The translations under genes and the position numbers were made by a program. The notes under the pieces are model-generated. The model was not told where the DNA came from. It was given only the letters and a program-made list of their open reading frames with translations, and did not search any database. A stretch of 64,000 nucleotides of DNA from Dehalococcoidia bacterium (GTDB lineage Bacteria > Chloroflexota > Dehalococcoidia > Lucifugimonadales > CATOSD01), in assembly GCA_965203135.1 (NCBI GenBank), contig CBDBBO010000001.1:1678071-1742070 (forward strand), in the 5' to 3' direction. This document shows positions 17,591 to 26,212 of the stretch, in pieces (positions within the stretch are counted from its first letter, which is position 1; every line of letters begins with the position of its first letter).

Positions 17591-18043
17591 TTGACTGATA
17601 ACCTGAGTCCTGAAGACCGTTCATGGTGCATGTCGCGGATACGCTCTCGCGATATGAAACCAGAGTTGGCCGTCCGCTCGATGGTACATCGACTTGGATA
17701 TAGGTTCCGCCTGCATAGGCGCGATTTGCCCGGTTCACCCGACTTGGTGCTGCCACGCCATGGGGCGGTGATTTTCGTCAATGGTTGTTTCTGGCACTGG
17801 CACCCCGATCCTGACTGTCCGATCGCAGGGTTGCCAAAATCGAATCTGGACTACTGGGAACCAAAGTTGACTCGAACCCGGATCAGAGACCAAGAACATA
17901 CAGACAATCTTGAGGCAGATGGGTGGAGGGTATTGGTAGTTTGGGAATGTCAGTTGAGGAGCCCTGTTGCAGCCCTTGAGATGATAGCCGAGTTCCTCGA
18001 GGCTACAGACGCCAAGATTCTCAGGCCTGTAGCAGTACGGTGA
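17591..18043 (+). CDS. vsr: Very-short-patch repair endonuclease
   Basis: 'SPEDRSWCMSRIRSRDMKPELAVRSMVHRLGYRFRLHRRDLPGSPDLVLPRHGAVIFVNGCFWHWH' is the canonical Vsr pattern. TTG start lies 14 nt after the upstream stop. Confidence 0.92.
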   Translation: MTDNLSPEDRSWCMSRIRSRDMKPELAVRSMVHRLGYRFRLHRRDLPGSPDLVLPRHGAVIFVNGCFWHWHPDPDCPIAGLPKSNLDYWEPKLTRTRIRDQEHTDNLEADGWRVLVVWECQLRSPVAALEMIAEFLEATDAKILRPVAVR

Positions 18044-18165
18044 CCGCTCTCGGCAAGAACCCCTTCGACCCTAGATAAGCTGCTCGCGTTGACACCGTGC
18101 GGAGTGCCGCCTTACACTCGCGGCATCTTGCGGCGGTGTTTGCCGCTGCCCAGGAGGCTACCGAT

Positions 18166-19218
18166 ATGGCCAGTGAAATGACCGGATTGGCGCAGACGGT
18201 TACCGGCCCCGTAGACCCCAGTGAGCTTGGCGTTACGCTTACGCATGAGCATCTGCTGGTGGACGGCACGCACATGTCCGAGCCCCCGGAGGAGGCGAGC
18301 GCGAGGGAGTTTTACAACCGGCCGCTGTCCATGGAGATCATGGGGTACATCCGGCACCACGGGATGCTCAATGTCAACAACGGTCACGTGAACAGCGTGG
18401 AGACGGCCATCGACGAGACGATGCTGTACAAGCAGTACGGCGGCGACACCATCGTGGACGCCACGAGCCTGGGCATAGGCCGCGATCCGGTCGGGCTGGC
18501 GCGCATATCGCGGGCCACGGGGGTGAACGTCATCATGGGCGGCTCGCACTACGTGGACCAGGCGCACCCGGAGGACATGGACGAACGCTCGGAGGACGAA
18601 ATCTTCGGGAAGATCGTCGAGGACGTGATGGTGGGCGTGGACGGCACCGGCATCAAGTGCGGCATCATCGGCGAGGTGGGCTGCACGTGGCCGCTCACGG
18701 ACAACGAACGCAAGGTGCTGAGGGCGTCGGCTCGCGCCCAGCAGGCCACCGGAGCGCCCATCCTGATTCACCCCGGACGTGACGAGGTGGCGCCGCTGGA
18801 GATAGTCGAGGTGCTGAGCGAGGCGGGGGCTGACCTGGGCAACACAATCGTCGGCCACCTGGACCGCACCATCTTCGAGCGGCGGACGCTGAAGATGCTG
18901 GCCGAGAGCGGATGCTACATGGAATGGGACCTGTTCGGGCAGGAGCAGTCGTACTATTCGGCCAACACGAACATCGACATGCCGAGCGACGCCAAGCGGA
19001 TGGACGATATCGCGTGGATAAGCTCGGAGGGCTACGGCGACAAGATAGTGGTGGCGCACGACATCTGCCAGAACCACCGGCTGGTGAAGTACGGCGGCCA
19101 CGGCTACTTCTACATCCTGAACCACATAGTGCCCCGGATGAGGGACCGCGGTTTTTCCGGCGAGGCTATCGACAAGATACTCGTCGACAATCCGAAGGAG
19201 GCGCTGGCTTTCCGGTAG
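18166..19218 (+). CDS. Phosphotriesterase-related (PTER/PHP family) amidohydrolase-fold metal hydrolase
   Basis: 'GVTLTHEHLLVD' is present with later His/Asp ligand motifs ('ILIHPGR', 'VVAHDI'). CAGGAGG lies 8 nt upstream of ATG 18166. Confidence 0.88.
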   Translation: MASEMTGLAQTVTGPVDPSELGVTLTHEHLLVDGTHMSEPPEEASAREFYNRPLSMEIMGYIRHHGMLNVNNGHVNSVETAIDETMLYKQYGGDTIVDATSLGIGRDPVGLARISRATGVNVIMGGSHYVDQAHPEDMDERSEDEIFGKIVEDVMVGVDGTGIKCGIIGEVGCTWPLTDNERKVLRASARAQQATGAPILIHPGRDEVAPLEIVEVLSEAGADLGNTIVGHLDRTIFERRTLKMLAESGCYMEWDLFGQEQSYYSANTNIDMPSDAKRMDDIAWISSEGYGDKIVVAHDICQNHRLVKYGGHGYFYILNHIVPRMRDRGFSGEAIDKILVDNPKEALAFR

Positions 19219-19233
19219 GGTTGCGGCTTGGGC

Positions 19234-19677
19234 CTAGCGCCGTCCCAGGACCATGCGCAGCAGCGGGTTGATCACCATGGTGAAGGCGATGAACACCGCC
19301 ATGACCGCGCCGCCCGCCGAGAGCGCGTCCGCCCAGATGCGGTCGTCCGGGAGAGCGGCGTTGGCCGACAGCAGGCTGAGCACGAACGACACCCAGACGA
19401 AGAAGCCGAGCGCGGGCACGAACGGCACGGCCTTGTTCAGCGCCCAGCTTCGGAGCGGCGGTAGTATCGAGGCCGCCGCCAGCGCGAGGGACGACGCCAG
19501 CAGGAAGCTGACGATGGCGACGTAGACGGCGTCCAGCACGTCCGGGATGGTGTGGCCGAAGGGTAGCTGAATCGCGCCGCCGGACAGCCTCCACGACTGG
19601 GCCAGCAGCAGCGCGCCGCCGAGGGCGACCACGCTGTTTCCGGCGAGCCAGTCTTTCTTCAAATCGGATTGGTTCAT
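19234..19677 (-). CDS. Hypothetical integral membrane protein (about 4 TM helices)
   Basis: Hydrophobic segments are seen throughout. It is convergent with the PTER gene. No family was recognised. Confidence 0.6.
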   Translation of the reverse strand: MNQSDLKKDWLAGNSVVALGGALLLAQSWRLSGGAIQLPFGHTIPDVLDAVYVAIVSFLLASSLALAAASILPPLRSWALNKAVPFVPALGFFVWVSFVLSLLSANAALPDDRIWADALSAGGAVMAVFIAFTMVINPLLRMVLGRR

Positions 19678-19971
19678 GGCGATCCTCGACAGGCGTTCGC
19701 CCGTAGTGTGGGCAGGCTACCATGCGGCCTGTGCAGGGGCGTAGGCTAACGGGGGCGTGGTACTCGGGGCTTTCACCCTGACCCATTCGGCAGGCTCAGG
19801 GCAGGCACACTAGATTCCTCGGCTACGCTCGGAATGGCAGAGGTGGGAGGGGGAAGGGAACAAACGGCTTGTTTCCCATGCGGGCCGGGCTGTTGTACAC
19901 TACGCCGCAGCCGTTGCGTTGGCCCTGTTTTGTATTTGGACAGTATTCGTAGCACCCGACGAGGCGGAGCG

Positions 19972-21402
19972 ATGGACTTCGACGCATACGACCTCGACCC
20001 CACCATATATGACGAGATGTTCCTGCCCGGCGGCGAGCCGCGCGAGCACGTCCGGCTTCTCCACGACGAGATGCTGGAACTCACCGCCGAGGACCTGGAG
20101 AGCATCCAGGAGAGGGTTACCCGCTCGTTCTCCACCGAGGGCATTACGTTCACGGTGTACGGAGACGACGAGGCGGACGAGCGGATCATCCCAATCGACT
20201 GCGTTCCGCGCGTGCTTTCGGGCGAGGAGTGGAACGGCCTGGAGGCCGGGCTGACCCAGCGGCTCAAGGCGCTCAATATGTTCCTGGAGGACGCCTACGG
20301 CCCGGCGCGCATAATCGAGGACGGCGTGATTCCGGTGGACGTGGTGAGGGGCTGTCCCCAGTACCGCCTGGAGATGCGCGGGTTCTCCGCGCCCCATGGC
20401 ACGTGGGTCGCCATCTGCGGCACCGACATCGTGCGCACCAACGACGGCTTCATGGTGCTGGAGGACAACCTGCGCGTGCCGTCCGGGGTGTCCTACATGC
20501 TGGCGAACCGCAAGGCCGCCAAGGCGAGCCTGCGCAGACTGTACCGCAACTCCCGCGTGCGCGACGTGGAGCACTACGGCCGGATGCTGGTGGAGACGCT
20601 GCGGGAGCTCGCACCGCGTGGGCAGTCCGATCCTTCCATCGCGCTGCTGACGCCGGGCGTGTACAACTCCGCCTTCTACGAGCACATGTTCCTGGCCCAC
20701 GAGCTGGGCGCGGAGCTGGTGGAGGGCCGCGACCTGCTGGTGAACGACGGGTTCGTTTACATGCGCACCACTTCCGGTCTGAGGCGGGTGGACGTGATAT
20801 ACCGCCGCGTGGACGACGACTTCATCGACCCGCTGGTGTTCCGTCCCGACTCGCTGCTGGGCGTGCCGGGGCTGATGCACGCCTACAAGCAGGGCAACGT
20901 GACACTGGTGAACGCGCCGGGCACGGGCGTGGCCGACGACAAGAGCGTGTACGCCTACGTGCCCGACATGATCCGCTACTACCTGTCCGAGGAGCCGCTG
21001 CTGGCCAGCGTGGAGACTTACCTGTGCCGGCGGCCGGAGGACCTGGAGTACACGCTGGACAACCTGGCGAACCTGGTGGTCAAGCGCGTGGGCGAGTCGG
21101 GCGGCTACGGGATGCTGATAGGCCCCCACGCCACGCCCGAGGAGCGGGATGAGTACGCGAAGGGGGTACGGGCGGACCCGGCGGACTTCATTTCGCAGCC
21201 GGTGCTGTCGCTGTCGCGCTCGCCGTGCGTCATCGACGGCCAGTTCGAGCCGCGCCACGTGGACCTGCGCCCGTTCGTGCTGCACGGACGGGAGACGCGC
21301 ATAGTGCCGGGCGCGTTCTGCCGGGTCGCGCTGCGCAGGGGCAGCCTGGTGGTGAACTCCAGCCAGGGCGGCGGCGGCAAGGACCTGTGGGTGCTGGAGT
21401 AG
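19972..21402 (+). CDS. Circularly permuted type-2 ATP-grasp protein (DUF404/DUF407)
   Basis: 'YDEMF...PREH...', 'ITFTVYGDDEADERIIPIDCVPRVL', 'VLEDNLRVPSGVSYMLANR' and 'VNAPGTGVADDKSVYAYVP' are characteristic. The start is at MDFDAY (ATG 19972) with an upstream GAGGCGGAG. Confidence 0.88.
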   Translation: MDFDAYDLDPTIYDEMFLPGGEPREHVRLLHDEMLELTAEDLESIQERVTRSFSTEGITFTVYGDDEADERIIPIDCVPRVLSGEEWNGLEAGLTQRLKALNMFLEDAYGPARIIEDGVIPVDVVRGCPQYRLEMRGFSAPHGTWVAICGTDIVRTNDGFMVLEDNLRVPSGVSYMLANRKAAKASLRRLYRNSRVRDVEHYGRMLVETLRELAPRGQSDPSIALLTPGVYNSAFYEHMFLAHELGAELVEGRDLLVNDGFVYMRTTSGLRRVDVIYRRVDDDFIDPLVFRPDSLLGVPGLMHAYKQGNVTLVNAPGTGVADDKSVYAYVPDMIRYYLSEEPLLASVETYLCRRPEDLEYTLDNLANLVVKRVGESGGYGMLIGPHATPEERDEYAKGVRADPADFISQPVLSLSRSPCVIDGQFEPRHVDLRPFVLHGRETRIVPGAFCRVALRRGSLVVNSSQGGGGKDLWVLE

Positions 21403-21425
21403 GGATTCTTTCGCCCTCACCCTAA

Positions 21426-21446
21426 CCCTCTCCCTGAGGGAGAGGG
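21426..21446. terminator. Palindromic hairpin (ccctctccc-tga-gggagaggg), dispersed hairpin family
   Basis: A perfect 9-bp stem lies 24 nt after the ATP-grasp stop. It is preceded by 'cctcaccctaacc', as in the 11391 copy. Confidence 0.55.
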
Positions 21447-21563
21447 GACTTTAGAGAAGGCCCGTCTATGCGTTGCCGTTGCCGCGGGGTATGCGCTAAA
21501 ATGCCAACGTGCGGCGTTTGCCGCAAGACCGGGTTTCCAGCCCGTGACGACGGAGGTTCCACA

Positions 21564-22967
21564 GTGCCGAACGACAACATTGCTCTCACCGCTCACCTCA
21601 TGCGCCGCGCGGGGTTCGGCGCGACTCGTGGCGAGCTCGAACGGCTGGACGCGATTGGCTATGAGGCCGTGGTCGAACAGCTACTTCACCCCGAAGACGC
21701 CCCCGACGTCGACGAGGACGTGCTGAGGCGCTACTACCCCGAACTGACGTATCCCGACTCGCTGCCCATCTGGGTGGGCCGCTGGATGTACCGCATGATA
21801 AACAGCCAGCGTCCGCTGGAGGAGAAAATCGCGCTCTTCTGGCATCACGTGTTCGCCACCGCCTGGTACAAGGGCGAGCACACGCCCAGCAACATCAAGC
21901 AGATCGACTGGTTCCGGGAACTGGGTCTATCCAACGTCCGCACCATTCTGGTGGAATTGTCCAGGGATCCGTCGATGAACTACTGGCTGGACAACTGCGA
22001 GAACCACAGCACGCAGCCCAACGAGAACTGGGGCCGCGAACTGCTTGAGTTGTTCTCGATGGGGGTGGGCAACTACACCGAGGACGACATCAAAAACGCC
22101 GCCCGCGCGTTCACGGGCTGGACGTTCACGCAGCCGATACCGCTGTATCCCTACGGCCACCACGACACCGAGTTCGTGTACCTGGAGCAGGACCACGACG
22201 ACGGTGAGAAGGAGTTCCTGGGCGAGGTGGGCCACTTCGATGGCGAGGACATCATCGCCATCATCGTGAAGCAGCCCGCCACCGCGCGCTTCATCTCGCG
22301 GCACCTGTACAACTTCTTCGTCGCTGACGAGCCGCAGGTGCCGGCTTGGGAGTTGGAGCCGCCGCAGGACCCGGAGGCGATAGACGCGCTGGTGGACGCC
22401 TACTTCGAGTCCGACGGCGACATGCGGGTGATACTGCGGACGCTGTTCAACTCCGACTTCTTCAAGAACGCGCGCTCCGCAAAGGTGAAGAGTCCCGCGG
22501 AGTTGGTCGCGGGCACCATCAAGCTGGCGGGCACGCACACGTTCCCCGAGCTTGGGCTGACGCAGGTGGGCGGCGCGCCGGGGCTGATGGGCCAGGAGCT
22601 TATGAACCCGCCGACGGTGGAGGGCTGGCACACCGGCAAGGAGTGGATAGACGGCGGCACGCTCAACCAGCGCGTGAACTTCGCGGTCAACCAGATCGGC
22701 GACGCGTCCAAGCCGGGCGTCCGGGACATCATCGACAGGCTGGCCGCCGAGGGCGGGCCGATTGCGCCGGAGTTGTTCGTCGAGCGGTGCCTCGACCTGG
22801 CCGGTCCGGTCGACGCGGGCGAGGAGACCCGCGCCGGCCTGCTCAACTTCGCGAGCAAGGGCGGCGACCTGCGGTTCGACAGCGACGAGGAGCGGGAGGT
22901 CAGCGAAGCCCGAATCGCGCGGATGCTGCAACTGATCGTCGCGACGCGGGAGTACCAGTTCGCTTAG
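21564..22967 (+). CDS. DUF1800 domain-containing protein
   Basis: 'LTAHLMRRAGFGATRGELE', 'LALFWHHVFAT' and 'NENWGRELLELFSMGVGNYTEDDI' are typical DUF1800 motifs. The start was chosen at GTG 21564, which is 7 nt after GGAGG, and remains uncertain. Confidence 0.85.
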   Translation: MPNDNIALTAHLMRRAGFGATRGELERLDAIGYEAVVEQLLHPEDAPDVDEDVLRRYYPELTYPDSLPIWVGRWMYRMINSQRPLEEKIALFWHHVFATAWYKGEHTPSNIKQIDWFRELGLSNVRTILVELSRDPSMNYWLDNCENHSTQPNENWGRELLELFSMGVGNYTEDDIKNAARAFTGWTFTQPIPLYPYGHHDTEFVYLEQDHDDGEKEFLGEVGHFDGEDIIAIIVKQPATARFISRHLYNFFVADEPQVPAWELEPPQDPEAIDALVDAYFESDGDMRVILRTLFNSDFFKNARSAKVKSPAELVAGTIKLAGTHTFPELGLTQVGGAPGLMGQELMNPPTVEGWHTGKEWIDGGTLNQRVNFAVNQIGDASKPGVRDIIDRLAAEGGPIAPELFVERCLDLAGPVDAGEETRAGLLNFASKGGDLRFDSDEEREVSEARIARMLQLIVATREYQFA

Positions 22968-23069
22968 GGGGATTATCCACGAAGGGCACGAATAAGTGGT
23001 CAGATCAAAGACGCGACAAACGCGCTCTTGTTCAGTCTTGATAAGAAGTAGGGTAGAGACGACACGAAA

Positions 23070-23897
23070 ATGCCCCAAAGTTACACACTGCACGAAGATT
23101 ACCTGCCCTGTGGGGTTTGTGGCGTAGACATATCTGACCAACCCCGCGGAGATAAGCGCTGCCGCGCCTGCGCACGGATGTATCCATTTGTCTGTCTAGA
23201 GTGCGGTGCAAACACGTCACAATTGACTCCGTGGTGGAATCGGTCAAATCGGTTAAAGCTGTCCCCCAGCGATCTGGAATACGAGGAGGTTATGCTGCAA
23301 AGCCCTATGTACTGTCCTATGTACTGTCCTGAGTGTGCCCAAAAGAACCCACACTTCTGTCTTTACTGCGGAGCAGACATGTCTGGCGAACACCGAGAAT
23401 TTGTGCGCTGTAGCGGATGCAGCCGTAGCCGCGTGGCAATGCCCAAGTTCGTTCAAGGGAGATCCATCCGATCCGGTAGCTTTTGTACAGCCTGTGGAAA
23501 ACGCCTTCCCTATTCGCGGAGAGCCAGTGTGGACTGTCTAGAATGTGAGCAGAAACGGGAGAGCCAGCCAGCCCCCCGCTTTTGCTTACTCTGTGACGCG
23601 GACATAGCGTACCTACACGATGACACTAGGCACTGCCCCCAGTGCGACGGTAAGCGTCGGGAAGACGCTGTAGACAAGTGGCACGAGTGGGTGGACGGGT
23701 GGCATGACGTCAGTATAGAAGTGGATGTGGCATATTATAAAATACTGAGATCCTGCATAATCGAAGGCTGTACGCCGTGGTTCGACCCGAGCCACGAGGA
23801 AGAGGCAGGGCACAGGCCAATGGATGAGATTGAAATGGCGAAAGCAACAAAGGAAATACTTGAGCTTGTGAAAGTAAGAAATGCAGCCCAAGCCTAG
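23070..23897 (+). CDS. Cys-rich multi-zinc-ribbon protein (about 10 CxxC pairs), orphan
   Basis: Repeated 'C-x2-C ... C-x2-C' knuckles are present (CGVC/CRAC, CLEC, CPEC/CLYC, CSGC, CTAC, CLEC, CLLC, CPQC). The gene is visibly AT-richer and sits between DUF1800 and DUF1501 genes, which are normally adjacent. Confidence 0.65.
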   Translation: MPQSYTLHEDYLPCGVCGVDISDQPRGDKRCRACARMYPFVCLECGANTSQLTPWWNRSNRLKLSPSDLEYEEVMLQSPMYCPMYCPECAQKNPHFCLYCGADMSGEHREFVRCSGCSRSRVAMPKFVQGRSIRSGSFCTACGKRLPYSRRASVDCLECEQKRESQPAPRFCLLCDADIAYLHDDTRHCPQCDGKRREDAVDKWHEWVDGWHDVSIEVDVAYYKILRSCIIEGCTPWFDPSHEEEAGHRPMDEIEMAKATKEILELVKVRNAAQA

Positions 23898-23952
23898 ACT
23901 CTGACCTGGTGGCGGCGTAGACATCTCGCATAGGAATGGAGGTCCATCCGAT

Positions 23953-25089
23953 ATGGTAGCCATCAAGAAGCCCCCGGTGCTGGTGATAGTGCAGCTTACG
24001 GGCGGCAACGACTTCATGAATACGCTCATCCCCTACACCAACCCGGTGTACCACGACAACCGGCCGCTGGTGGGCATCCCGCAGGAGCAGGTCATACCCA
24101 TCGACGACACGCTGGGCTTTCACCCGAACTTCGGTCCGGTGAAGGAGCTTTACGACCAGGGGAAGGTCGCCATAGTGCAGGGCATCGGCTACCCCAACTC
24201 CAGCCGCTCGCACTTCCGGGGCATGGACATCATGCACACGTGCGAGCCGGAACGCGTGGCCACGGAGGGTTGGGTTGGCAAGACGATACGCGAGCTTGAC
24301 CCGAACGGCGACAACGTGCTGACGGGCATCAACTTCGGCGTGGGGCTGCCGCGCGCCATGGCGGTGCCCGGGGTGCCGGTGACGTCGGTGAGCGACCTGG
24401 ACAACTACGGGCTGATGACGGGCATATCGGACGTGGACCAGCGCGACCAGGCGCTGCAGATATTCAAGGACATGTACGGTCCGGCCATAGGCACGGGGCC
24501 GGTGATGGAGTACCTGGCGCAGACCGGAAATGACGTGCTGAAGGGCGCGGACAGGCTGAAGGAGGCGCCCGCGGCCTACTCGTCCAACGTGGAGTACGCG
24601 GCCACGCCAATCGCGCGCGCGCTGCGCGACGTGGCGCGTGTGCATTTGGCGGGCCTGGGGACGCGCATCTTCTACACGAGCCAGGGCGGCTACGACACCC
24701 ACGCCAACGAGGTGCCCACGCACCCCAAGCTGGTGGACGAGCTTTCGCGCGCGATAATGGACTTCTTCCAGGACCTGCGCGAGCACGACGCCTCGGAAGA
24801 GGTGGTGATGTACGTGTTCACCGAGTTCGGGCGGCGCATCTACGACAACGGAAGCGGCACGGACCACGGGTCCGGCGGCGGCGCGTTCATCATCGGCGAA
24901 CGGGTCGAGGGCGGCCTGTACGCGGAGTATCCGTCGCTGGAGCCGGACAAGTGGCTGAACGGCGAGGACCTGGCGCACACCATCGACTTCCGCGGCATCT
25001 ACGGCACGCTGCTGGAGCAGTGGCTGGGAGTCGAGGCGGCGCCGATAGTGGGCGGCCAGTTCGAGCAGGTGAATCCGTTCGCCAACTAA
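23953..25089 (+). CDS. DUF1501 domain-containing protein (sulfatase-like fold)
   Basis: 'LTGGNDFMNTLIPY', 'QGGYDTHANE' and 'GSGTDHGSGG' are hallmark DUF1501 motifs. Confidence 0.88.
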   Translation: MVAIKKPPVLVIVQLTGGNDFMNTLIPYTNPVYHDNRPLVGIPQEQVIPIDDTLGFHPNFGPVKELYDQGKVAIVQGIGYPNSSRSHFRGMDIMHTCEPERVATEGWVGKTIRELDPNGDNVLTGINFGVGLPRAMAVPGVPVTSVSDLDNYGLMTGISDVDQRDQALQIFKDMYGPAIGTGPVMEYLAQTGNDVLKGADRLKEAPAAYSSNVEYAATPIARALRDVARVHLAGLGTRIFYTSQGGYDTHANEVPTHPKLVDELSRAIMDFFQDLREHDASEEVVMYVFTEFGRRIYDNGSGTDHGSGGGAFIIGERVEGGLYAEYPSLEPDKWLNGEDLAHTIDFRGIYGTLLEQWLGVEAAPIVGGQFEQVNPFAN

Positions 25090-25100
25090 AGGGGGTTCCC

Positions 25101-26114
25101 ATGGGCAGACCATACGCTTTGCTGAGATCGGGATTTCCGTACCACATGACGCTGGGGATGCGGCGCGTGACCTCCAACGCCGTGGACGTGGCGCTGGGTG
25201 ACGGCGGCATCGTGTACGTGCTGTGCCGCGGCGGGCTGGGCACGGAGATACGGGTCATCAACTTCGACGACGAGAACCTGGGCACCATTGGCGGCGCGGG
25301 CGGGGGCGAGGGCCAGTTCACCTGGCCGGCGTGCCTGATACGGGACGCGGAGGAGAACCTGTACGTGTCCGACGAGGCGCTGCACCGCGTATCGGTGTTC
25401 AGCAAGGAGCGCGAGTTCCTGGCAAGCTGGGGCGAGCACGGCAGCGGAGAGGGACAGCTCGACAGGCCGTCGGGCATCGCGTTCGACGCCGACGAGAACG
25501 TGTACGTGTCGGATACGCTGAACCACCGCGTGCAGAAGTTCACCAAGGAGGGCGAGTACCTGGGCGGTTGGGGTAGCCGGGGCAGTGGCGAGGGCGAGTT
25601 CGACATGCCGTGGGGCATCACGGTGGACGAGCTGGGAGACGTGTACGTGGCGGACTGGCGCAACGACCGGGTGCAGAAGTTCTCGGCGGACGGTGAGTTC
25701 CTGGCGGTGTTCGGCGAGTCCGGCTGCGGCGACGGCCAGTTCAGCCGGCCGTCGGGCGTGTGCGTGGACGCGGATGGGGACGTGTACGTGGCGGACTGGG
25801 GGAACGACCGGGTGCAGCTCTTCAACGAGCACGGCCAGTACGTGGAGAAGTTCATCGGCGACGCCAGCCTGTCCAAGTCCGGCTTGCAGTACGTGCTGTC
25901 CAACCAGATAACGCTGAGGCTGCGGGACATGAGCCGGCTGGAGGCGGGTCGGCGACTGCGCGGTCCGATCAGCGTGCGGGTGGACGACGAGGGGCGGCTG
26001 TACATCCCGGACTTTGGTTCGCACCGGGTCCAGATCTACAAGAAAGAGGCGTACCCGCTCACCGAGAGCCAGATAGCGCCGCTGCCGCGCAACCCGATGT
26101 TGTTGACGACGTAG
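25101..26114 (+). CDS. NHL-repeat beta-propeller protein
   Basis: There are five to six repeats of 'G-x-G-x-G-(Q/E)-(F/L)-x-x-P-x-G-(I/V)-x-V-D-x-x-G-x-(V/L)-Y-V-(A/S)-D-x-x-N-(D/H)-R-V-Q-x-F'. The ATG at 25101 lies after GGGGG. Confidence 0.88.
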   Translation: MGRPYALLRSGFPYHMTLGMRRVTSNAVDVALGDGGIVYVLCRGGLGTEIRVINFDDENLGTIGGAGGGEGQFTWPACLIRDAEENLYVSDEALHRVSVFSKEREFLASWGEHGSGEGQLDRPSGIAFDADENVYVSDTLNHRVQKFTKEGEYLGGWGSRGSGEGEFDMPWGITVDELGDVYVADWRNDRVQKFSADGEFLAVFGESGCGDGQFSRPSGVCVDADGDVYVADWGNDRVQLFNEHGQYVEKFIGDASLSKSGLQYVLSNQITLRLRDMSRLEAGRRLRGPISVRVDDEGRLYIPDFGSHRVQIYKKEAYPLTESQIAPLPRNPMLLTT

Positions 26115-26212
26115 GGGGTTGGCAGACGGCACTTCTGTAGCGGGCGGGTTTGATACCCGTCCGTTGTTGCGTCAAATGAAACGGACTGGCTAGTCGATTA
26201 GGTGAGACGGGA

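Noticed and set aside
19900-21420. Long antisense or alternate-frame ORFs in the six-frame track, for example 19900..21420(-), 31957..33939(-), 36867..38615(-), 43658..45652(-), 58322..59524(+), 60637..61554(+) and 10079..11332(+)
   Set aside because: Their translations are dominated by Arg/Ala/Gly/Pro/His runs typical of non-coding frames in high-GC DNA. Each lies opposite a gene with clear family motifs.
21468-21563. Cys-rich N-terminal extension 'MRCRCRGVCAKMPTCGVCRK' of the DUF1800 protein as a zinc-binding domain
   Set aside because: It more likely belongs to the 5' untranslated region. A GGAGG-GTG start at 21564 lies just before the conserved DUF1800 N-terminus. The start nevertheless remains uncertain.
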